DNA from: Botryllus schlosseri
Taxonomy: Eukaryota
Assembly: GCA_051294905.1 (NCBI GenBank)
Contig: CM119374.1
Location: 20,708,001 to 20,772,000 of the forward strand
Direction: 5' to 3'
DNA: 64,000 nucleotides
The stretch's first letter is position 1. Every line of letters begins with the position of its first letter. Shown here piece by piece: positions 46,915 through 58,900 of this stretch. Both the position numbers and the translations under genes were made by a program. The notes under the pieces were generated by a model. It was not told the DNA's origin and ran no database searches. It saw only the letters and a program-made list of their open reading frames with translations.

Positions 46915-46983
46915 ATGACTAACCTAAATGAAGATGAATACCAAAAGGAGGTTGTCAACCACCTTTCCAGTGTGGTGAAACAG
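46915..46983 (+). CDS. PLEKHM2: PLEKHM2 coding exon 1 (MTNLNEDEYQKEVVNHLSSVVKQ)
   Basis: Donor CAG|gtattt; resembles VKDRILENISLSVKK. Confidence 0.75.
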
Positions 46984-49900
46984 GTATTTATACTTTATTG
47001 TATATCTGGTTACTGGTATCTTGCTAGGATTAATGTGTTCATCACTTTGACTGATTTACAAGGCATACCAGCTCCAGTGCGTAAGCCTATATCGTCGCAG
47101 TGGTACGTATTTGGTATCCCGTATCGAAGTAACTTATGTCAATTTTACACATTTTGAGATAATTAACATTACATTACCTTTACATACAAAATTTTCGGAA
47201 AGATGATTTTTTCAAGTTTTAAAAATGAACCTTCAAATTTAGCTACTTTGATACCACTGCGACGATATTTACTGTACTATAATAAAACCGTAGAAATTGA
47301 AGTTTTTAAAAATCACTAATGTCTAATTTGCGAATTGTCTTCCTATACTCCGGCCTTACTGTAGGAGAATTAAGCCTACTGGCCTGAAAGCTATAATCAA
47401 TTCTGTAATGGACTGCACTTGTCTGGGCATGGAATATCCTTAATGTATAATGCAGTAAATGCAACGACGCTGTCACTTAGAGAATATTTTCCGTATCTCA
47501 AATCTGCTTTTATGTTGAGTAGCATTGGTATAAGTAGAGAAATCATACTGACCAAATTGTGTAACTTGAAGGTATACCGATTTTGCCTACAATCTCGTGT
47601 CAACGAAACTCTTGTTTTATATTCAGGTTCAGATGGAATATGTGTCCTTGCGGAAAGATGTAAAGCCAGACTCTCATATCTCCAATAACAGCCCTGCAGG
47701 AAGAGTACTTTTCTCGTGTCTGGAAATGATTTTATCACATGGGTACCAGGCTACGTTTATATTTTGATTATGATTCAGATTAGTATCATGCAAGTCAGAA
47801 GTCATCCACTTAGACTTAAGCACTGGCCTTGTGGTTTCACATAGTTATTACTTTTTTGTATGTCAACTTGATGTCAAAATTTGATTTATTGTTTTCAATA
47901 GTGGAATGCCGATATTATATTAGTAAATGCTAAATAGGTATGAAGACACCTATAGCTAGAAAAGTATATTCGATTACAAAGCAGCACCCACCTACGAACT
48001 CTACTACTTTTATTGGAAAAGTATTGATCAAAAGGACGATATATATCTGAACCCTAATGATTATTACAACTCTACAAAATTTACAATTTTTACAATATTT
48101 TTAAGGTTGAAAAGCAAAAGCGATGGTGTGTGGCAAGCAGTTAAGGACTTTTGCCGTAATGATGTGAAACGGACCATAAACAATTTAATCAATGTCAGGA
48201 CAAGTAGAGGAAAAAGTAAGTGTTCTACTTTGTATTGGGCTGACACTGGTATACAGATGGACAAGGTTGTACAAGGTAATAAATTCATATTCAAATGCAA
48301 GTAGAAGTAGTAATTTTCGAGCTACGATAAAACTACTTGAAGTAGAAAACAAATGTCTGAAAATTACTCGGTAGAAGAGTTCAAGTAGATTGTTACAAGG
48401 CTTTTATTGGTGAATTGCTGACGGTGACACCTTATTTAATAGTAAGCTGCTTCACTGCTCTCGCGGAATGACTTGTTGCATGTGGCATCCTAAATAGAAA
48501 GATTTAAATAGAAATTCAGTTGTTGTCGTAATCGTCGCTGTGGAATCACAGTAGCTTATGTTCATTGTGCACATTTTGATAGAATTAAGTTTTCATTTTC
48601 TTGGCCATGATTAACTTTGAAACACTGTGACAAACATTATCAATAACCATGGTTAAGATATGACGTAAAAAAATGAAAATTTTCAAACTTAGAATAAATT
48701 AAGGTTTTGTAAACTTTTCCTTTCACCTTATCTTGGCCATGATTAGCTTGAAAACAATGTGACAAGCATAGGCTAACCAATAACCATGGCCAAGATTGGC
48801 AGAAAAATGGGAATTTTACAAGAACTTAATTTTTTCAGAGTTTGAAAATTGAGTCTCAAAATTCAAATAAAATGGAGGTAAGCTGCCTTGACTCCACAGC
48901 GACGATATAAGCGTTCTGTCGCCAGGCTGTTCGTTCAAACTTATCCAAACAACACGTCCTACTTGACAAAATATAAAATCCAAACGTAGACTTACGTAGT
49001 TTTGACTTCAAAAATTGTTGCAGTAGAAATAGAAGTAGTTCCAAAGCATCAACATTTGAGTATTTAGTACAAGTGAACTGAGATCCTACTTGAGCTACTT
49101 AATTTAGTAGTTCTCAGGTACATTCATTTTCCAAGTCCCGTAGAAATAGTTAAGACATGTCTTGGAAATCGCCACTCCTACTTGTAATTGAATAGGAAGC
49201 TGGTGGTGTTACTTCTACTTCAACTGGAGTATCTACGCTGATTACTTCGGCCACTTCTGCTAATGCGCAGTTATATTATACAGCCTCACTGTTCTGGCTT
49301 CTTAAGCTTTTAATCCAGCTCATCTGATTTAAATTAAAAGTCCATTTCTAATATAGCAAAGCTTTCCCTTTGATGCATTGGATTGGAGATTTCTCTGGTA
49401 GCCTAATGCCTAATCCGAAGGGTTCCATATTGGTAGAAATTTAAACCAGCATAGTCTGGAAGTCTGAAAATGGCTGTTGGAGTGTCGGTATTAGGGTATC
49501 TACTAATGAAGTTGCAGTTATTTGCTGCTTTCAAGTAATAGCGGGCCTGATTTTCCAATCCTGTTTGCAATTCAACTAAATATGACGATATCAAAAGCTT
49601 TGGGTTCTTACTAGCATACCATCAAACTTCGTTTTACTCTGTTGCGGTTATTCATCAGGCAAGGCTTGTACTGTGTGCTGAAATAGAGTACACTTCAGCT
49701 TAATCTTATCATCACCTCATCTTAAATTACCAAATTTCAGGCCGAGCGTGGATATATTTGACATTGAACGAGCGAGAATTGGAAAGCTACTTTCAATCGT
49801 TTCAGACAAGTTGCTTGCATTTTTACAAGTATTACGATAAGTACGTTATGTTGACTTGATCGTCTGGTATGCAGTACACCTTTCTAGCAAATACACGGAG

Positions 49901-52900
49901 ATCTTTAAATTACGGCTCATGACCAGAAGCATTCTTGTCTGGACTGGAGGCATGGTAGTATTAAGCATCTGCCAAAAAATGTGAAACTAATTTCTCAACT
50001 CATACATGTATCCATATTTCATAGCCTATCCATACCAGTGTCATTTCCAGTAATTGATTTAGGGTTAGTAACATTCCTTGGTATGACTAATCTATCAACG
50101 GACTGTGTTTGTATACAATCTCACATGGTAGGCTGTGAGATTCCATTCACCAAACATTGAACCTAAACCAACCTTACTGTCGTGGGATATGGTTCCCTCT
50201 GTTTGTTACTGTATATTTATTGGCGTGAGAGATGTGAATTTATCTGCACTAAGCTGTGAAAACATTGATGCAATATTGTTTAGTCAGTACAGGACAGACA
50301 GTGGTACAATGTATGCTGTTATGATAGTGATTTATATATTAGCAGTTACATTATACACTATCACATAGTACTGTCACATTATGTGTGATATGAATTGCTT
50401 GTAAGGAATTGAATTGTGTGACCTTAATTATAACATGAAGTGCTAATGTATTCAGGTTTGCGTTACCTATTTTTAGCAAGAACTATTGAATCTCAAAGTG
50501 TTTGGAGTTTGTTGTGTAAGTAAGTTGCTTTTGCATTTCAACTTGTAGTCTGGTGGCCTTTCAATTATATGGTATAATCTGATAATTTTGGGTGGTGATA
50601 CAAAATTCCAAATGACCGTAACAAAGTGTTATAGCATGAGCAAACAATTGGAATTGGGTAGAGGTGTGCTCAACCGGTTGTAATCTGCAAGACTGAGTCA
50701 TGTCAATATACTTGAGAATACAGGAAGTTATCGTTAGCATTGTTACATGATGAAGGATTGATGTGGATACCATTTCTTGTGTAGTTACTGAATAAATACA
50801 TGGTGGTATTTTGAATGACGGAGCAGTGTTTACAGTAGTCCAAATTTCTTGTGGAGTGAATAGCTGTTGCCTGAGTGATTCAGTGACTGCTGTAGGCTTG
50901 CAGCATAGAGATGGCATGCTGTATTTAAACCTAGTTACATTAGTGCTGCACAAACTACATTGGTTGATGTTGACAGCGGAATTTTGTGTGTAACTCGGGA
51001 GGTGATTTCATGGTAGTTGATCCAACTGAGTCTGATATGGAGATGTAATATTACGTAACATACTGAGCACTGTTATATTTAATGAAATCACTGTGTGAAG
51101 AAATTGTCGATTCCGTAACTGCATATTTTCTTTCAGGTCGGCATTGATATGCAGCAGTCATGTATGTATAAAATGGTTTCTGTTATTTTGAAGCCATCTG
51201 GTACCTTTATGCACTATCTTGCAGGTTTCTGTACTTCAAACTCTCATCTCTGGTTTGGACAGTGTTACATTCGATTTGGAATTGGTTAGTAGACCGTTTT
51301 ATAAGTGACATGAATGTTTGACTGTACAGTGTACACTGTACAGTGGGGTCATATACTAGTAACTCATTGCCGTATTTATTTAGTCGTATACGTATGGTGA
51401 TTAGTGATGCATCGATGACTCTTGGGAATAGCTACAATGTAATCTTATCTTCAGTACTGCTAATCCTGTACACTTACTAAATACCAAATAACATCAGCAG
51501 TCCCTTGATCGAACTTGCGTTGATTGCAAATTATGTTAGCAGCTCCAAACTAACATTCAATTTCACAAGTAGGGTAAAATGATACATTTGAAATTATGTG
51601 TCGTCTTGTATATCCGTAAACAAACCATAGTGCTAGTAACATATACAGGACTTAGAATTTCTGTAGATATCTTTTATCAGTCAATAAGTGTGTAGGGAGG
51701 TAACATTTGAGTCAGGATGTGAAAATATGTGATATGTAACCTACCCTTGGCTGCTGAAAGTATTTTCAGTTCCCTGGTAAATAATTGCAATGAGTTCCTT
51801 GTCCATTTTATGATGCAGCTACATGCAACTTACCATTATCTGTGTCCAGAAGAGACTTCATATCTATTCAATCAATATAATCTAGTAGTGATGAGATACC
51901 ATGCATTGGGCAGTGTTTATTATTTTGAATGCTCTGCGTGATACCTTGGAAATGATTTGGATATTGGCATAGCAGCACCTCATACAAGCTGTGTAATTCA
52001 AACCTATCAAATATTATTGCCTTTTTGCAAAACCGGATATCCGTATGTGTTTAGCAACTGGCTATTAGTGACTTAATAGCTGAATGAAAAAAATGCAACA
52101 TCACTTACATAAATGTAACGAAACTTCATTGAATCCAGCGATCCTTACTAAAACCAATATCTGTCAAATTATGTCAAATTTTGTTTAACAAATGAATGGT
52201 AACAACTTACAACATTATATTACAGTATTAATTTCATCGGCAATTTCTTATTTGGGGAGAGATTGGCAAATTATACTTGTGTTGTAATTTGTAATGATCA
52301 ACCTGCCAAATTATTTCAGATTGCTATTATTTCAGTGTCAATAAATGGAAATAATCCATCGCCAAGTGTAACTTGCATTATTAATTCGTGATTCGTAGTC
52401 GCATACAACGTACATATATTAACACTTCAAGTATCGTTTGCCTTGATTTCGGTCAACATAAGATATCGCATCGACATTTGCACCACCCGCTCTTCAATTA
52501 TGCAGGACATGAACCTCGTTTGCAACTCTATCGACTTGACCCTTGAAATTTTTAGCATATACGCTACGAGTATCGATAAAAGCTCAGTTCATTTAGTCAC
52601 TTCCTTCCTATTGATTTTTAGGACGTCACCTATCTGGACGCGTCGATAATGTGCGACAGGAATTGGACGAGAGGCCCTCGCGTGTTCAGAAACGGTTCGA
52701 TCAAAACTCAACCGGCCGATAAAGGCTCCGTCGTACGCATCGACGCAAAATCAATCTCTAACGTCGGGCTGAAAGCCGCTGGGTTTGTGCGCGGCATTTT
52801 GTCCCATGAGAACGCGGCCGAATCAATGAAAAACAGTGGCGAAAGCGCGCTGGTGGCCGTGAATTACGATCAGGCGCCGGTGCGGGTGACAAAATACTGT

Positions 52901-55900
52901 CCGGACTGCGGGAATCAGAGCGAGTTAGTCTGTTTGTGCGTTGCGAGTACGCAGGAACTTCCGCGAAACGTAATTCACTGCGAAGACGGCACCGCGATCA
53001 CGTACGAAGTGCTAGACGGAAGTAGGATTAATCCATTCGACAAACCGGACTTGCAGTGGGAAAATATAGAAATGGAGACTGTAAATAGATTCGATGCGCA
53101 CGTAGCCGTAATAGACTCGCCAATCGAAGTCACGAGAAAGCCGAGGAAGAGACGGAAACGTATTTCTAGCGTTCGCTCGGTTAATTCTAGCGACGCGCTG
53201 AGTTTTTATAATGCTAATCTTGACAGAACTCGGAAATTTGATGTTTCTTTGAGCGACCCTCTCATCGGATTCGATCCGATAAGTAACGAAAGTTCTCAGG
53301 CAGGTAACGACGTGGGTAGTTTATCGAATTACGATGAGGCGAGGCTGGAGATAGATAACGTTAACAACCGTGAGACTGTTGATAGTAACTGCCCCGTCAA
53401 ACTAACCGATCCTACTAACGTCATAAACGGTGAATGTGTTGTGTCGCAGGACTCTAGGGTAAATAATTCTAACGTAGAGTTACCACCTCCGTGTCAAGAT
53501 CTACCAAGCTTTCATGCCGGCACCATGGATTCGCAAATCGCCGAAGACCGTGGAATTTTGGATGGTAATGATAACGGAATAGAAAAAGGGACGCTCTCTC
53601 AAATCGATGTGAATGACATTGCTGACAACAAGGCGATTGATGATCAGTGCGTTACTGGGAATGATACTGTGCAAAGCTGCGATGGATTTGTTGCGGAAAG
53701 GCGTGCGTCGCGCGATTCTAATGCCTCGTGTGGTTCGCAGTTATCGACACCGGGAAACACTGTAGACACGCGTACTTTGTCTTGCCAATCCACTCCTGTT
53801 AAAGGATCTGCTCGTATTTATGATACACCTACTCGTTATGATTCTGACGATACAATCTCCATAGCTTCGACTTCCGATATTGCTTTCTCGCAAACTAGAA
53901 TCTCAGATGTGACTATGATGACGCCGGAAGAGAAAAGGGGTGTGCGGAAATCTAAGTCTGTGTCGAGGTATCGTTCGCAGTCTGAGAAATTGCTTGAAGA
54001 TCTGACGAAGCTGGAAGTGGAAAGGTTACGCGCAGAGGTAGACGCTAAGCTGAAACCGACGCGCGAAAAATTGGCTAAACTACAACGGACGTTACTAGAA
54101 CGCAGCTCAGAGGTCGAGTCGGCTTCAAACGAAATTTCTGCAATTGCGTCGTGTCCGGAAAAATCCGATTTGCCGGTGAAAGAAGCTGTGCCGGTGTCCA
54201 CGCAAGTTCAAAGTTCAACCGAAGCTACGCCCGCTTCTTCGTCGATCTCGAATCGCGACGTAAAAGAGGCGGTTCGTCTCAGGCCGAAATCGGACTTGAA
54301 AACCGTGGCCAAGATTGACAACTCGCTGAAACTGTATCTGATGTTGGAGGTGCTGACGGACGAAAACGAAGTTATTATCAAGGTATGGGTTTATTTTGCG
54401 TAAATTTTCGTGCTTGCGATTAGGACTGTGCAGTGTGCACAATGATCGAATAGAGAGAGAGCGAGATTTATTTCGTCAACCGATGAGAGAAAGCAGACAT
54501 GTAAATTTGCATTATAAAACAATCATTGATAGTTATTGACTGATACTGGTGATGATCATGTCAAATTTATATATAGAGTACTTGATTGTTCATACACAAT
54601 AAGGTCGTAGCGTAAAGTTATATTAGATATTCAGAGAATTTTGTCCATATATAAGTAGACAGGGCTTTCTATGGAAAAGATGTTGAAGGTCTTACAATAA
54701 CAGGAAATAAAATAATCAAAATTAGACTGATGTATGTTGTATGACATGATATTCAAGTCGAGTATTAATTGTCATGATTCAAGCTGAGTAATGAGAGACT
54801 TTTTTTTAAATACCGGGACCAAAATTTCACCGTCCTTTCTACTGAGAATTATATCATCAACGAGAATTTTAATTCTGATACCACCTTACCACCATGGGAG
54901 CCTTGAAAAATTCAATTTGTCGTATCACTACATCTACAACATAGCACAATGCTACGTGTGTGACCGTAAACGACAGTTCTGTGAAGTTGTGATCAACTTG
55001 CAGCAATGTTACAGAGTGCAGTGAAATGAGTATATAAATTCGAAAAATACCGTGTTATCGTTTATTTGATGTATAATTGGCATTATTTTATTTTGTAGTC
55101 TCGAGGAAAATACATAATTGAACCTGCGCATCACCTAGCCTGTTATGACATAAGGATAGCAATACTCAACGTCACTTGAAACCTTGCAGTCGATTCTGAA
55201 GCTTCAGTTATACGGGTATTGGATTTTGCCCTGCCCTGATTGTATTGCGTTCTCAACTATGTTGTCTCATCTTGTATGACTTGGTTAGCTGGTTTAGCCG
55301 GGCTACTATTGGCGCCAACGTTTTAATGTAGGGCTTACTGGCAGTAGTTTGGATCCAAGTCACAAGCACATCTTGTATCGCCTAATCAAGTAATCTAGTG
55401 GAAATGAGGGTGATAGTGTCTACCTTGACTCAAAATACTGTTTGGACTTGAATTAGCCTAATTACATTCTGAAAACTGTTGTATAAGTAATTGCAACTCA
55501 AAGTAAATTGAGATGTTACCCAATCCCAACTGTTGATAAATTGTTAATTCAAGAGCAAGAATTGATTTGTGCCAATGAATAGCTTGATGGTGGATTTCGA
55601 GAAACCAAAGTGATTGATCGTCATGTGCGCATGACATGGTTTGAGTAGTTTCCATCGTACAAAAGCGGAAATGATTTCAAGAAAATCACCTGATCGACTG
55701 TGTCTGTGTGCATGATTTGTCGGTAATTGGAAATCTTCAATGTGTCAGGCCGGTGTGTTACAAACCTTTGTTGTTAGATCTGTTGGAACTGGTCCATTGT
55801 CCAGAATGGCTAACTGCGGCTATGGAACTGCTAGACTTCCAGGCTGTAGATTCAATTCTTTTTTTTGCAAAGTAGACTCCTTCCAAACATAGCGACCTCT

Positions 55901-58900
55901 TCAAAAACTTGACTAACAGTGTCAGTCTGCTTGGTAGGACCAATGAAATGTGATACATATAGTCTTGAAGTTGGTCACGATATGGCTTAAGACATACTAC
56001 ATTCAAATGCCTCTGTGTCTAGATGCCAAATTCATGCCCATGCCTCGTCACTAATTAATATAAGTCACAGGAAGTTAAACTACTGAAAAATCGCTAAAAT
56101 GCATTTTGGCTATGATACTTCAATTTTATTTCAATTCCATCGTTATTTGAAGTGGTATTCACAACACATAGCGAACAGTATTACACGGAACGCCACCTCA
56201 ATTCTGATCGTTAAGCATGACAAACATATCCAGGATTTGCTTAGCATAAATGTCGCCACAGATTACAGTATCACTTCACTGTTACATAAAATATTTTTAT
56301 TTAAGGGTTGAAACCCAGACTTGCCAGAGGCAGTATTGAAAATTTTGAGCTTGTGCTTTGGCTACCGAAATTGTGTGGCTTCTGTTTTGGGTCAATATTC
56401 TAGTGGTCTGGTGCAGCCGTGGACTATTTCAGCGGAATGGAATTACTGATTGCTTGCTATGTCGTTAAATTGCGTTATTAGTGTCAGTTGAACTTGCTGT
56501 GTACCACATAAGCAGAGCAGCAGATGTAACTTATTAACGCATTTACGCAGGCATACCGCAACTTTGATCTAACCCAAAACGAATAATTGAGTAGCTACAT
56601 ACCCACTGGTGGGGTAGGCCTACGTAAAATATCCATGGCAAGCCTTTGGGTTTCACGCTAGACCGATTCCATCATTTTGACCCGATACCGACACAACACA
56701 AAAGAGATGCAAACTAATGCCAAAAACTACTTTGCACTTTTCCATGTCCAAACTGTAAAAGGTAAGTAATTTTGCCTAAAAACTGTTCAATTAGAAGTGT
56801 CAGTCTAAAAAAACTTCAGTGAGTAGTGTAAGTACTGTGTCACTGATACTTGTGCTTGTAATTGGGTAGAGATTTTCACCTTGCCTTTACTGCTACTCAA
56901 GGAACGATGATGACAACATCAAATACTTGATGAACCAAGTTTTTTGTGAAATTTTAGATGTTCCACGTGAGCACTGGTCACTCGGACGGTAATTGGACCG
57001 CCTTGTATCTGCTTTTTACCGATACCTTCATCTACTTCTTGCGTAGCGGAGACGGTAGCTGCCCGTACCAGTCTGAATATGTCGTCTCCTATGAAGACAT
57101 GGATTACGTTTCGGTTGGATCGGAAGACCAGGTGAAGGAATAAGTTTTGGATATTCTTCAATCACGACCGACTAGTCTCTTTTCTTGCACAGACTATTGA
57201 GTTTGTGTTCTACACGAGTAAGAAGCAAACAAAACAGAAGAAGCAGCCTCGCTCCAAATGCCGCGCCAAAATCATGGTGGACTCGTGCGATAAAGATTTG
57301 ACTGACCTTATCGTGTCGACGCTGTCTGACGCAGTCGCCACGCACACCAGACGCCACGGCGTGATTAAAGTGGTGAGGTACTTTTTTGGGATCAACGCTT
57401 GCGTACAATCAAAAATGGTATATTCATATTGAAATGAGCCCGAATATTTTCGGCTGACACTCGTCAGGGGTAATTGTCAGCAACTAGTAGATTACCCCTG
57501 ACGAGTGTCAGCCGAAAATATTTGGGTTCATTTCAATATGAATATACTATTCAATTGTATATTGAAGTTCTGTACCTCCAAGAAGCTCTTCAATCAGAAA
57601 TAGGACTGATGTTTTGGTCTCTGTAGAAATATAGCTATTGGTCAAGCTTGATGCACAACAATCTAATACCATAAATTCTGCCATTGGCAAGCATCCGTTG
57701 TATAATCCCGCTTGTGCGAGAAATTATCGAGACGACAGATTTCGCGTCGTTGGAAACGGCCTTTCACACTTTCATTTGTGTGCCTTGGAGTCAGGGTTGT
57801 AACCGAGTCACAAGGCTATGAGTCGCAAGTCAATCTCAGCTCTATAGTTTTGACTCGAGTCAAGACGAGTCATTTTCAATTCACCACCGAGTCATTTTCA
57901 ATTCACCACCGAGTCAAGTCCCAGTTCAAGTCATCGAGCAGAGGTTCGAGTCCAAGCCATGGTATTATGACTCGAGCCCGAGTCCAATTCATTGTTTCGA
58001 CTGCTCAGTTTCCAGTTGCAGTCTAGTTACACCCACTTTTATAACTCTGTTTGGTGATATCAAATGGTTCACATTATACGGCCGTAAACCAAACTTTACG
58101 CTGATTGGTCGAGAGACAATGGCCATGGATACGACGCAGCAACGGAGGACGCTGCATTTACCTAAGCCTAGTTGGCACTACGATGTATTCCTATAGCCGC
58201 CTAGACTGTATAAAAACGACAAGAATACAGTTAAATGTTTATTTCGTCATCAATATTAAAATTAGGAAAGAAAATTAAAAATTTAGTAACGTATACTAAA
58301 ATATAATGCCGAAATACTGCTGAGTATATAAATGCAGTGCTACCAATGGCAATGAACTGGGAAAGAACAGATTTTTCCATTCATTTCCTTCCAACGCAAA
58401 GGCCAGGAAGGCTTGGGAATGCAGAGTAAGAAGGCAGGATTTCAATCCTACTTCCACAAGCTTCATTTGCTCCTCATCGCCGACCTCACTGCAGTTGCAG
58501 TGACTTAAAAAGCCAAGAAATCACAGTGAGCCAAGATACAAGTCGGCAGCTAACGACCCGATGAATCGCGAGCCGATGCGTGAGAGAGTGGAAAGAATGT
58601 CAAAGACAAGAATAAATGCATTGATCAGTTCAAATACTGTCATGTCGTGGAGCACAAAGCCTTAAACAGACTAAAAGCACCACTGTTGTGTACAATAATA
58701 ATAATAATAATAATTTGCTCCCACCACTTTTGCAAGGAAGATTCTGCTGCTAGTGCATTATAGATACACCAATACAGTCACGTCTAAAGAGAGGTGCGAT
58801 TCCCAGTCGCAATCTTCGTGGTGAAGCAGAAGATATGCGCATTGCAAAGAGGCGGACCCTGAACTCCATGCCGTGTCAACTGTCTTCCTCCAATGTTGCG

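Noticed and set aside
49403-49594. 63-aa minus-strand ORF faintly resembling a non-LTR RT C-terminal region
   Set aside because: Similarity too weak to call by eye
53836-54201. 121-aa minus-strand ORF inside PLEKHM2 exon 7
   Set aside because: Antisense shadow; Ser-rich with no motif
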